The notes beneath the pieces were generated by a model. The model was not told the origin of the DNA. It saw only the letters and a list, made by a program, of their open reading frames with translations, and ran no database searches. From sequence record ON529858.1: a stretch of 64,000 nucleotides of DNA; one strand, 5' to 3'. Positions 1 through 9,298 of this stretch are shown here, in pieces (positions within the stretch are counted from its first letter, which is position 1; every line of letters starts with the position of its first letter). A program made the translations under genes and the position numbers.

Positions 1-903
1 GGCACGGGCGGCACGTTCCTGGGCCTGATCCCGATCGTCCTGTTCGACGGTCAGGAGCCGGCGCCGCTGCGCTACACCCAGAACGAAGAAGAGATGCAGA
101 AGGCGTTGCTGGCCTCGGTTCTTGAAACCAGAAGCCACCTCTTTTTCGATGACGTGGTCGACTTCAACAACCGCGTGTTGCTCATGGCGATCACCTCGCG
201 TCACATCGGCGGCCGTCAACTCGGCTCGACGAAGACCATCGAGCGCCCGAACAACTTCGGCTGGATCGCCACCGGCAACAACCCCGCCATCATGAGCGAG
301 ATGGGGCGCCGGATCGTCGACATTCGCATGAACGCCAAGACCGAGGACATCCAGAACCGGACCTTCCGTCACCCGGACTTCATGCAGTGGCTGAAGGGCA
401 ATCGCGGCGAGATCGTTCACGCGATCCTGACGCTGATCGCCTTCTGGCTGGACAACGGCGCGCCGAAGTTCACCGAGCGCAAGCGGGCGTCGTTCGAGGA
501 CTGGTCCGAGAAGGTCGGCGGCGTGCTTCAGCTTGCCGGCATCGAAGGCTTCCTGGACAACCGCCGCTCGACCGCCGCCGACATGGACGAAGCCGCCAAG
601 AAGGTGTTCGTCCGCGAGTGGAACCGTCGCTTCGGCATCGGCAAGCAGGTCGCCCCGATCGAACTCTGGTCCTTCGCCTTCGACGCCGAACTCGACATCG
701 TCACCGGCAACAACGACGACATCAAGAAGGCGAAGTTCGCCAAGACCCTGCCGACGCTCGACGGCCGGACGTGGCTCATCAAGGACACGAAGGGCGTGGA
801 TCAGCGCATCATGGTCCGCCAGGGCATGGATGACGACATGAACGTCGTCTACTACCTGGAGCGGCTGGAGATCGAAGACCAGCCGGTCGCCCAGGCCGCA
901 TAA
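1..903 (+). CDS. Primase/helicase-associated P-loop ATPase-like protein, C-terminal part (5' truncated)
   Basis: Frame 1 is open from base 1 to TAA at 903. It carries EEEMQK..FFDDV..R.LG..WIATGNN..MGRR..HPDF..SFEDW..VGGVL, which I recognise from phage primase-helicase C-terminal domains. Confidence 0.6.
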   Translation, partial: GTGGTFLGLIPIVLFDGQEPAPLRYTQNEEEMQKALLASVLETRSHLFFDDVVDFNNRVLLMAITSRHIGGRQLGSTKTIERPNNFGWIATGNNPAIMSEMGRRIVDIRMNAKTEDIQNRTFRHPDFMQWLKGNRGEIVHAILTLIAFWLDNGAPKFTERKRASFEDWSEKVGGVLQLAGIEGFLDNRRSTAADMDEAAKKVFVREWNRRFGIGKQVAPIELWSFAFDAELDIVTGNNDDIKKAKFAKTLPTLDGRTWLIKDTKGVDQRIMVRQGMDDDMNVVYYLERLEIEDQPVAQAA

Positions 904-907
904 GAGA

Positions 908-935
908 AGGCCCGCCGGAGCGATCCGGCGGGCCT
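908..935. terminator. Bidirectional intrinsic terminator
   Basis: 12-bp stem AGGCCCGCCGGA/TCCGGCGGGCCT with GCGA loop, between convergent genes. Confidence 0.8.
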
Positions 936-962
936 CTTCATTTTGGGTTCAGGTTGAAGGCT

Positions 963-1193
963 TTAGAGCCAGACGATCAGTGGAGGCTTGCCCTTGCGAC
1001 GCTCGATGCGGACCTCGCCAGACTTGATCAGTGCGGCATAAAGGTGTTCGGGCGTCTTCTGGGCCTTGGGACCCTTGCGCTTCTTGCGGCGGGCGGCCTT
1101 GGGATCGAGCGCCGAGTTGAACTCGGCGGCGGTCAGGACGGCGCCTTCGGTGCGCGGCGTCGCGGTTGGGCGGTTGGGGTTTTCGGGGTTCAT
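963..1193 (-). CDS. Small basic hypothetical protein
   Basis: 76-aa ORF ending at the terminator; AGGAG-like RBS upstream. Confidence 0.5.
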   Translation of the reverse strand: MNPENPNRPTATPRTEGAVLTAAEFNSALDPKAARRKKRKGPKAQKTPEHLYAALIKSGEVRIERRKGKPPLIVWL

Positions 1194-1267
1194 AGGGGCT
1201 CCTGGATGGCAGATGCCACATCATGACAGGCCCCGGATGATGTGCAAGAACTCCATGACCGGGTGTG

Positions 1268-1296
1268 TTGACAAAACGTATCCGATGGCCTATCGG
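1268..1296 (+). promoter_or_regulatory. Phage sigma70-type promoter
   Basis: GTGTTGACA, 17 nt, then TATCGG, directly before the 1299 ORF. Confidence 0.55.
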
Positions 1297-1298
1297 TC

Positions 1299-1940
1299 AT
1301 GATCGACAACGAACACTGGAGACGCATGAGCGACCTGGACGACATCATCGACGACGGCGCAACGGAGGTCGTAGACCTGCGCCCGGCTCGCCGTGTCCCG
1401 TCGCCCGGCTCCGTCGCTGACGCCATGCAGGCTCCGGCCGGCGGGAAGATGGCGCTGATGCGCGCCAAGGGCGAGAACCATTCCCGCGAGTTCGTCATCC
1501 ACCGCTCTCCGCTCGACACCCTCAAGATCGCCCTGGCGCACCAGCCCTTCTTCGCCGCGATCTGGCGTGTCTGGTCGGCCAAGCGCATCGCCGCCACCGA
1601 GGACCCCGGCGCCACGATCGCCGAGATCGCGTCCGAGATGGACCTGGAGCCCGACGCCATCCGCCCGGCGATCGCCTCCCTGCTCAAGAACCACATCATC
1701 CGCTCGGTCGTCGTCTACGTCGGCCGGCGTGGCGCCCGCGCGCGCTACTACCCATCTGAGGCCGGTATCCAGACCTTCGCGCTTGCGGAAGTCCTGGGTT
1801 ACGGCTCAGCCGTCCAGATTGGACGCACGACCTCCGCCTGGAACGGCCGCAACAAAAGCGAGCCTTCCGACCTTTTCCAACACGCCCGCTTGCTGCGTGG
1901 CGGGGCCGAACCGACGGCTCTTGACATGGAGTTTGCATGA
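1299..1940 (+). CDS. Winged-helix (MarR-like) DNA-binding protein
   Basis: ATIAEIASEMDLEPDAIRPAIASLLKNHIIRS...RARYYPSEAG is a wHTH pattern. Confidence 0.55.
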   Translation: MIDNEHWRRMSDLDDIIDDGATEVVDLRPARRVPSPGSVADAMQAPAGGKMALMRAKGENHSREFVIHRSPLDTLKIALAHQPFFAAIWRVWSAKRIAATEDPGATIAEIASEMDLEPDAIRPAIASLLKNHIIRSVVVYVGRRGARARYYPSEAGIQTFALAEVLGYGSAVQIGRTTSAWNGRNKSEPSDLFQHARLLRGGAEPTALDMEFA

Positions 1941-1941
1941 C

Positions 1942-2370
1942 ATGGCAGAAACCCCCGAAACGACCACGGAAGCCGAAGACGCCGCCATCGCCCTCGCAGG
2001 GACTGCGGGAGCAAAGAATGGCGGAGACGCTGGCGGCGAGACCGCAGGGCGTCCGCGTCTTCTGAGCCCCGAAGAGGTGCGTCTGATCGGTGAAACGGTC
2101 GGCGGGCACACCCACTGGCAGGCTGATCTCGCACGGACGCTGAAGTGCTCCAAGAGCCAGATCACCCGCTACCTGAACGGCTCCCGCGACACCAACACGC
2201 TTCTGGCGGCCGACCTCCAGGAACTGGTGCTGAAGCAGATCGCGAGCCTCGCGGCCCTGCTGTCGATCGAGGGCCTTCCGGGCTCCGACACGATGTCCGT
2301 CTTCAAGGCCCAGCAACTGATCGAAGAGGGCCTGGACCTCGCCCGCGTGGCGGCCGATCCGCGCCGCTGA
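1942..2370 (+). CDS. XRE-family HTH protein
   Basis: QADLARTLKCSKSQITRYLNG helix-turn-helix; ATG at 1942 is in frame with the 1567..2370 ORF. Confidence 0.65.
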   Translation: MAETPETTTEAEDAAIALAGTAGAKNGGDAGGETAGRPRLLSPEEVRLIGETVGGHTHWQADLARTLKCSKSQITRYLNGSRDTNTLLAADLQELVLKQIASLAALLSIEGLPGSDTMSVFKAQQLIEEGLDLARVAADPRR

Positions 2371-2390
2371 TCCCGAACACCAGACAAAAG

Positions 2391-2424
2391 AAGGCCCGCC
2401 TGGATCGCTCCAGGCGGGCCTTTT
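2391..2424. terminator. Bidirectional intrinsic terminator
   Basis: 14-bp stem AAGGCCCGCCTGGA/TCCAGGCGGGCCTT, with an A-run upstream and a T-run downstream, between convergent genes. Confidence 0.85.
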
Positions 2425-2442
2425 CGTTTGCGGCGCCGGCGG

Positions 2443-3048
2443 CTAGGCCGACAGCGACTTGATCACGCCGGCCAGGACCTTGCCGTCGACCCGGCCGGGA
2501 TACTTGGCCTGGAGCGCGGTCTTGATGACGCCGGTCTGGCGCTGCTCGATCGGAACGCCGGCCTCGGCCGCAGCCGCCTTCACGGCCTCGACCAGGGCGG
2601 CTTCGTCCAGCATGTCAGGCAGGAAGGCGGCGTAGAGCGCGACTTCCGAGTTCAGGAGCGTGATGAGGTCGGGATCGGCGCCGCGCTCGGTCTGGACCTT
2701 GACGGTTTCCTCGACGCCGGCCTTGAAGCGGTTGATGACCTTGACGCACTCATCGTCCGTCGGGTCCCGCTGCTCGCGCTTGCCGACGGCCTCGCACTCG
2801 GCCTTCAGCGTGATCAGCTTGCCGGCGACGGGCGATCGGGCCTTGCGTTCCTCCAGCGCCTGGGCGCCGATCTGTTCGAACAGGGTCATGGTCTCAGCTT
2901 CTTCCTTGGTGTCGTATGGGCCTTTGAGATCGTAGGGTCCTGGCCCGGTTCGCCGGTGCCAGCCTTCGAAGATGAACTCCTTCATCCCTGATCCGAGGAA
3001 CAGGGATTCGGCTTCATCTTCGTCCAGATACACGACGTCCACGGTCAA
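2443..3048 (-). CDS. GatB/YqeY-domain protein
   Basis: LITLKAE..K...TDDECVKVINRFK...E...EVALYAAFLPDML.E..L...V...........G..K.......G.VDGK.L...IK fits YqeY. Confidence 0.75.
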   Translation of the reverse strand: MTVDVVYLDEDEAESLFLGSGMKEFIFEGWHRRTGPGPYDLKGPYDTKEEAETMTLFEQIGAQALEERKARSPVAGKLITLKAECEAVGKREQRDPTDDECVKVINRFKAGVEETVKVQTERGADPDLITLLNSEVALYAAFLPDMLDEAALVEAVKAAAAEAGVPIEQRQTGVIKTALQAKYPGRVDGKVLAGVIKSLSA

Positions 3049-3320
3049 GGCAACAATCGCAGGACAAAGCCGCCGAGCGCCGTCGGGATCGCGACGAAGA
3101 CGATGGCGCCGACGACCAGGGCGACCACGAGCCAGAAGATGATCTGGATCAACTGCCAGCCCAGGGTGCAGAAGGCGACGACGCCTTTACAGAACTCGGC
3201 GAAGAGGGAACCGACGTAGCCGCCCCACCCCAACTCTCGGCAGCGGATGACGCAGTAGATGGTCAGGCCGACCGCCAGGAGGACGCCGACGCCGACCGCC
3301 CAGGAGAGGAACCCCATCAC
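3045..3320 (-). CDS. Small membrane protein
   Basis: Hydrophobic segments; overlaps both neighbours. Confidence 0.6.
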   Translation of the reverse strand: MMGFLSWAVGVGVLLAVGLTIYCVIRCRELGWGGYVGSLFAEFCKGVVAFCTLGWQLIQIIFWLVVALVVGAIVFVAIPTALGGFVLRLLP

Positions 3321-4339
3321 GACAGGTCTCTCGGGTCTCGGAGGCCCTTGAAGGAGGTGTTGCGGGGCACATCGTAGCCGCCGGCGACGACGTATTCGAT
3401 CGTGGCAAGCTGGCCGAGCGGCGGGTTCAGCCAGTATTCCTTCTTCGTTTTGGCGTCGAAGCCCGAGCCGACGCGGATGATCTTGCCAGGGAAGTCCGGA
3501 TGGGTGCCGAGCAGGACGCCCATGACGCCCTTGCCGACCTTGTTCTCCTTGTGGGTCGAGCGCTTGGCGAGCCCGCGTTCGTCCAACTTCTTCTCGTTGG
3601 TGTTCTCGAACTCTTCCTCGACGCCGGTGACGGTGATCTCGATCGACGCCTTCTCCTTGCCCTTCAACATCCAGCCTTCCTTAAAGGTGGATCGGTTGGG
3701 CTTGTAGGGGCCTTCGATCGAGCAGAAGATCACGCCCTCTTCGCCGGCCTCGACCGCCTTGAAGTAGTAGGCGCGGGCTTCGTCGGCGTTCGTGAGCAAG
3801 ACCTGCTCGACGATGACCACCCAGGACGGCAGGTAGGCGCGCATCGCGCATAGGGCCTGATAGCGCTTCAGCTTGCCGCCGGGCGCCAGGAAGTTGTCGA
3901 AGACGAAGAAGCGGATGTCCGGCTCGCCATCCTGCGTCATGATTGCCGACGTCGAGGCGCGGAAGTTCAAGACGCCGTCGATCATCACGCCGATCTCGCC
4001 GTCGGTGCCCGGCGGCAGGGTCTCCAGCAGGGCGCGGGCGTGGCGGTTCGCGACCGGCAGGATCGCACGGGTGATGGCGTGGTGGGCGCCGTTCTCATCC
4101 AGGTAGGCGCGGTCTATCTTCCAGCCGGTCTCGGTGTGGACCAGCCCCTTGTCGATGTCGGCCGGCGGGATCGGCGAGACGGCGGCGCGAATGCCGTCCT
4201 TCTTCAGCGACCCCAGCAGCGGGTAGGTCAGCTTGTCGAAATCCGCTGGCTTGATCGCGTCGGTGTCGGCGAGCATGATCCTGAAGCGGCCGAACGGCTT
4301 GAAGGGCTTCGGCGGCTTCGGAGTCTTGGGCTTCGGCAT
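3317..4339 (-). CDS. lig: ATP-dependent DNA ligase
   Basis: Motif I KKDGIR, DGEI, FFVFD, EGVIF, LKGK and a C-terminal OB fold (VGSGF..YDVPRNTSFKGLRD). Confidence 0.9.
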   Translation of the reverse strand: MPKPKTPKPPKPFKPFGRFRIMLADTDAIKPADFDKLTYPLLGSLKKDGIRAAVSPIPPADIDKGLVHTETGWKIDRAYLDENGAHHAITRAILPVANRHARALLETLPPGTDGEIGVMIDGVLNFRASTSAIMTQDGEPDIRFFVFDNFLAPGGKLKRYQALCAMRAYLPSWVVIVEQVLLTNADEARAYYFKAVEAGEEGVIFCSIEGPYKPNRSTFKEGWMLKGKEKASIEITVTGVEEEFENTNEKKLDERGLAKRSTHKENKVGKGVMGVLLGTHPDFPGKIIRVGSGFDAKTKKEYWLNPPLGQLATIEYVVAGGYDVPRNTSFKGLRDPRDLS

Positions 4340-4797
4340 CAGTATTGTCCTTCGATGATGAGGCCGCTGGCGCCCCCGCGCTGCGGCTGTCCTTTGATTC
4401 GGATCGCCCACTCCCAGACCTGGAAGCGGCCGGGACCGTTGAAGTCGACGTCCCAGACGGGCACGCCATGGGCGTAGCAGTGGTCCATCATGTGCCGGGT
4501 GCCCGGTCCGCCAGGGAAGCCCAGGCAGTGGGTCGGTCGGAACTCGTTGAACATGCGGATGTTGCGCTGCTTGGGCGCGTCATCCCGGTAGCCGTCCAGG
4601 AGCGGGTCGACGCGGAAGACGTCGAGGTGATGGCGGTTCTTGCGCGCCCAGGCCCCTATGACGCGATCGTAGCCGGGGGCATGACCCTCGGCGACCGCGA
4701 GGTCGGGATGGAAGACTTTGCGCCCCAGGGCCTCCAGAACGGCCCAGGCGCCTATGTCGTTGATGCCGACACGCCCGCCACAACCGACGACCCGCAT
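4339..4797 (-). CDS. SLOG/YspA-like (DUF2493) protein
   Basis: MRVVGCGGR, EGHAPGYD, RN..M and FPGGPGT..M motifs. Confidence 0.75.
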   Translation of the reverse strand: MRVVGCGGRVGINDIGAWAVLEALGRKVFHPDLAVAEGHAPGYDRVIGAWARKNRHHLDVFRVDPLLDGYRDDAPKQRNIRMFNEFRPTHCLGFPGGPGTRHMMDHCYAHGVPVWDVDFNGPGRFQVWEWAIRIKGQPQRGGASGLIIEGQY

Positions 4798-5360
4798 CAG
4801 ATTCCTCGCCGTCCCAACATGATCTCGCGCAGCGGGCGCACGGCGTCGAGGGAGTCGTAGTATTGCCGCTCGCCGATCATGCGCTCGCGGTAGCCGCCAC
4901 GGCTATGCGCCTCCTGGAGGTCCCGCTTGTATTCGCGCTCGCGTGATCGCCATTCGCTGTCGCAGCGCTCGATCAACCGGGCGAGGTCCGCCATGTTCAG
5001 GGCGCCGTCGGCCGCCTCCGCCAGGGCGGCGGTGAACGCCTCCAGCCGAGCCTCGCTGGCGGAGGTCCCGCAGCCGAGCCACTTCCCGACCAGCTTCGCC
5101 GGCGGGAACATGCAGTCGCCGCCGTCCGCGACCTTGTAGGCGCCCTCGTCGTCGTCCCACTCCCACTCGGCCATGTTCAGGTTCGCCAGGGCGCCGGCCG
5201 GATCATAGGTGTCGTCGCCGTCGCGCAGCAGCCCGACGCCCAGCTTGACCTTGCCCGAGCGCAGATAGGCGATCCATTCCTGGACCTGCTCTTCGGCGGG
5301 CTTGATCATCTCCATGGCGCGGCCGAGATTGGCGGCGGGGTCCTGAGCGATCTCTACCAT
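4797..5360 (-). CDS. Hypothetical protein
   Basis: 187-aa ORF with phage-like codon usage, coupled to neighbours. Confidence 0.6.
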   Translation of the reverse strand: MVEIAQDPAANLGRAMEMIKPAEEQVQEWIAYLRSGKVKLGVGLLRDGDDTYDPAGALANLNMAEWEWDDDEGAYKVADGGDCMFPPAKLVGKWLGCGTSASEARLEAFTAALAEAADGALNMADLARLIERCDSEWRSREREYKRDLQEAHSRGGYRERMIGERQYYDSLDAVRPLREIMLGRRGI

Positions 5361-6493
5361 GAGTTATATCCTCGGTCGTGAATGTTGGCGTGCCATTCTT
5401 CCCAGCCGCGCCGGTCGTAGAAGCAGAGGGCGGTCCTGGGATCGTGGCGGTCATCGGGGTAGATGTCGCGGCGGCCGATAATACGCTGCACCGACCGAGC
5501 CGATGGAGCACGGATGTCTCGGTCGTATTGGTGCAACATATCGTGCGCGTAGTGCGCCGGCATCGACGGATCGACCTGCTGCAACAGTCCGTCTTTGGTG
5601 ACCAAGAAGACCTTCAGCGCAATGCCGGGGGAGGCGCCCCGCGTGAAGTCGCGCAGGTCGATCGTGTCGTTGTGGCGGCCTCGGCCTCCGCGAGGGTCGA
5701 AGGGGCTGCGCAGGCACGCCGGTCGGATCAGCCCGGTCCACTCCCCTTGCGGCCCCCAGAGGAAGGCCTGGGCGACGTCCGGATGCACGGCCTCTTCGCG
5801 GGAGGCGGCTTTCCCGAACTGGAGGCGAGGCATTTCGCGGGGGAGTTCACGCGACAGGTCGCCCAGGATTTGCCCGCGACGCGCGTGTTGCTCTTCAGCA
5901 ATCGTCTCATAGCGGCGGGGGCGGTTGATGTCGACCATCTTTCGGCGGGCCTCGTCTAGGAGTTCAAGGGTCAGGGGGCGGTCGAACATTGGGTTCGGCA
6001 TCTGGTGCGACATGCGTCCGGAGACGACGCCCCGGTAGGGGTCTTTGATCATGGCGGCGATGCTGCGCTTCATCGCCGCCGTCATGATCGGATGTCGAAG
6101 CATTGGCTCGACGCTCGGAGACGCATTGCTCTTCATCGGTAGCATTCTCGGAAGGAAGTCGCCGTTGGGGCGGACAGTCGAGACGTGCATCCCGATCCCG
6201 CCGCCGAACTTGTCCATCAAGGCCTTCTCGGCGGTGTCGGCCGCGTCCTTGACCGTCTTCAGGTGCTTGGCGGGGATGTTCGTCGGCGCCGAGATGGCGA
6301 AGCCGACGCTGTCCCCCGGACCCGCCGGGTCGATGCCGACGATGAGCGGCGCCAGGGACGCCGTTCGCATCAGATTGTCGATCGCGGCGCGCTGGATGTC
6401 GAGGTCCACCATGTGCGCCAGCATCCGCGCTTCGAGCCCGGCGTAGTCGGCCTCGGGCAGCTTCACTTCCAGGCAGAGATTGTCCTTAGCCAC
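5354..6493 (-). CDS. Hypothetical protein carrying short PolA-, RNase H- and RNR-like motifs
   Basis: 379-aa ORF; see findings. Confidence 0.6.
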   Translation of the reverse strand: MAKDNLCLEVKLPEADYAGLEARMLAHMVDLDIQRAAIDNLMRTASLAPLIVGIDPAGPGDSVGFAISAPTNIPAKHLKTVKDAADTAEKALMDKFGGGIGMHVSTVRPNGDFLPRMLPMKSNASPSVEPMLRHPIMTAAMKRSIAAMIKDPYRGVVSGRMSHQMPNPMFDRPLTLELLDEARRKMVDINRPRRYETIAEEQHARRGQILGDLSRELPREMPRLQFGKAASREEAVHPDVAQAFLWGPQGEWTGLIRPACLRSPFDPRGGRGRHNDTIDLRDFTRGASPGIALKVFLVTKDGLLQQVDPSMPAHYAHDMLHQYDRDIRAPSARSVQRIIGRRDIYPDDRHDPRTALCFYDRRGWEEWHANIHDRGYNSW

Positions 6494-7052
6494 GACGCAC
6501 CTTCACGAAAGGCGTGCCGTCCTTGATGTAGAGCGGGTGCTTGGGACAGCCAGCGTTGGTGTGCCCCAGGCACACGGGGTCCAGGCCGATGACCTCGGCG
6601 AGTTGGACCACCGCATAGTCGCGGTCGAACATCGTGCCGTGGGCGCCCCAGCCGCAGATCACCGTGGCGCCGTGCGAGACGGCGTATTCGAAGGCGTGCT
6701 GGAGGTAGTTGTCGTTGGCGGGTCCGACCGGATCGGCGGCGGCCTTCATGTCGGCCGGCTGCGTAGCGCGGAAGGCGAAAAGGTTGAGGACCAGGATGCC
6801 GCCGAAGTCGTTCTGACGGGCGAAGGACATGCAGCGGCGGATGGTCGGGTCGTCCAGGTCGGCGTCGGCGGTGGACGGGTTCAGCATGATCCAGATCAGG
6901 ATCGGCTTAGTCGGGTCCCAGAGCCGCGTCAGGTAGTAGCGGTATTGTCCGCACTCGCTGATCAGGGCGTCCTTGGCGATCTCATGCCCGAAGGCGAGCC
7001 CCGCTCCGGTGCGTGCGGTGAGGCCGTGGGGGATGAACGGGGACGTCGTCAT
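6486..7052 (-). CDS. DUF1643-domain protein
   Basis: YRYYLTRLWD..IMLNPSTAD..DDPTIRRC..NLFAFRAT.P..KHPLY. Confidence 0.85.
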   Translation of the reverse strand: MTTSPFIPHGLTARTGAGLAFGHEIAKDALISECGQYRYYLTRLWDPTKPILIWIMLNPSTADADLDDPTIRRCMSFARQNDFGGILVLNLFAFRATQPADMKAAADPVGPANDNYLQHAFEYAVSHGATVICGWGAHGTMFDRDYAVVQLAEVIGLDPVCLGHTNAGCPKHPLYIKDGTPFVKVRRG

Positions 7053-7295
7053 TCCTGACGTTTCTCACTTCAAATCGGTGGTGTCAACGCTTTCGTCTCG
7101 GCTTCAACAGCTTCTTGCTCCAGGCGGGCATTGCGTTCCAGCGCCTTGCGGAGCCGGTCGCGGTCGGTGATCCCGACCAGCGCCGCGCAGTCCACCACCG
7201 CCGAAAGATCGAACTCATGCACGAGAGCCCGAACGTCCGGCGGCAGCTTATCCAGAAGGTCCATCTCCGCCTTGACGACGTGAGGCGGCCGGTCG

Positions 7296-7799
7296 TCAGG
7301 CACGGCGAAGAGCGTTCACGCGCGACGACGGACCGCCGGTCGCCTTGCGGGGAATCGGGGCCTTGGAGACTTCCGACACACCCGGACCGGTGACCTTCAG
7401 GCGCTTGTAGTCGAAGACCAGCGCGTCGGGCAGCTTGCCGTCCTTGTCGACCTTCGACTGGATCACGACGGTGACGCAGCCGTTGATGTGGGTCGTCTCG
7501 GAGACCGCCGAGCCCTTCACGCCGGAAACGATGTCCTTGACCTCGGAGCCCAAGGGGATGTCGCTCTTGTCGGCCGGCTTGACGCGATCGGAGATGCCGG
7601 CGTCGACGATGTCGACCATCTCGACGTCGAGGAAGTTCGGGTCGGGCAGCTTGTCGGCGCCTTCAGCGCAGGGCGGCGCGATACCGATCTGGACGTTGCC
7701 GGAAAGCTGGCGGTGGACACAGATCGCGCGTCCAGCGAAGCCGGTGACGGCGTCCTTGACGTTTTTACCCAGGTATTCCTTGTTGTAGTTGTCGCTCAT
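7296..7799 (-). CDS. Hypothetical protein with two tandem copies of a phage beta-domain
   Basis: GKNVKDAVTGFAG..LSGN and GSEVKDIVSGVKG..INGC. Confidence 0.65.
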   Translation of the reverse strand: MSDNYNKEYLGKNVKDAVTGFAGRAICVHRQLSGNVQIGIAPPCAEGADKLPDPNFLDVEMVDIVDAGISDRVKPADKSDIPLGSEVKDIVSGVKGSAVSETTHINGCVTVVIQSKVDKDGKLPDALVFDYKRLKVTGPGVSEVSKAPIPRKATGGPSSRVNALRRA

Positions 7800-9285
7800 C
7801 GGTTCTCATTCCTCTCGTCGGTTGCGACCGCAATGACGGTGTTGCCTCTGCGGTAGTTGTTCCATTCGTCCAGGCTGGCGAAGCGGGCTCCGATCCGCCG
7901 CTGGACGATCAGCCCGTCGGGCACGGGCATCTTGTGGATGTCATCGGCCTCCGCCAGGAGGTCCACCAGACGCTGTTGCCAGGGCGGCGGCATCTCCTGG
8001 AGGGCGACGCGGGGCAGGCAGAGCCACGAGGCGTAGGACAGGCTGAAGAAGGCGTGGATCGGCCCCTGATCCATGATCGCCCCACCCTTGGTGTAGTGGA
8101 CGACGAAGCCCGTTTCGGTCCGCTCCGAATGCGAATACTCGTTGACGTAGTGGTTCCACTCCTGGATTTCCGTCGCCCGCTGGGCGATGAGGATTTCCTG
8201 GACGTCTTGCGGATAGTCGGCCAGTTCGGCGGCCGTGTAGGGCTGGGGACCAAGCGGGGCGATCTGGAGGTTGCTCATCCGACACCTCTCCTTGCAGGGT
8301 CCGGCTGTCCACGCTTCCACAGGCGCCACGAGCCGTCCTTCATGTTGCGCACGCGCGACCATCCCGCACCCCCAATCCCGTTACAGAAGCCGGTGACGGC
8401 GTTCATGTAGCGAAGCTGATCGCAGCCCTCGGGGAAGGGCAGGCCCATGCTGTCCCGCTCGATCTCGGCCAGGGTCATGAACTCGCGGACCTTGGCGCGA
8501 TGGTCCTCATCCAAGGCGATGCCGGTTCGCTTTGCACGCGGACGCTTCGGCGGTTTGACGTCGCGGTCGTATTTCGGCTTGTTGGGGATGTCGGTCATCG
8601 GTTGGCGCACACGAGTTTGAGGACGAGGCTGGCGAGGTCCATGGAGTCAGGGACCCGGCCGGGCAGGAAGTCGTCACGCTGCTGGAAGGCGCCGGGACGT
8701 TGGTCGATCAGGCCGACCCACTGGTAGGAGAAGGCCGCGAAGTGTCCCGGCTCATCGCTGAGCCGGAACGCAATGCGGAACTCCCGGATGCCGGCGTTCA
8801 GGGCCTCGGTCTTGGTGACCTTGAACCCGTCGATCGGCATGTCCATCCCGTCCTTGAACGGGTGGTGGCGCCGAACGAACGTCTCGACCTCTTCCAGCAG
8901 CATCAGATCAGAACGGGTCTTTGCCGGCGGCGGCGACGCGCTCCTGGGCCTCGGCTTCCTCGATCTCGCCCAGGAGTTCCGGGTGGGTCTTGGACAGCGA
9001 GGACCGGACGGTGGCTTCGAACTTCTGCTGGGCCTCCAGCAGGCTCTCGGCCGACTTGAGCGAGGTCGTCAGCTTGACGCCCTTGTCGGCGTCTTCCTTG
9101 TCGGCCAGTTCGAAGACGCCATGGAACTTCTGCGTCTCGGGGTGACGGGAGATCACCGCCGTGCCGCCGAACAGGGCGGCCGTGGAGGTCTTCGCCTTGG
9201 CGTCGACGATCCATTCCGCCTTCGCGGCGGGCAGGCGGGGAGCGAGCGGGGTGACGGAGGCCGAAGCCTGGATGGGAGAGGTCAT
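7796..9285 (-). CDS. Cluster of four short hypothetical genes (7796-8278, 8275-8610, 8595-8903, 8908-9285)
   Basis: Overlapping or abutting start/stop codons on the - strand. Confidence 0.55.
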
Positions 9286-9298
9286 ATCGTGAGGGTCC

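Noticed and set aside
1921-1926. TTGACA before the XRE gene
   Set aside because: No -10 and no ACGAC at the right spacing.
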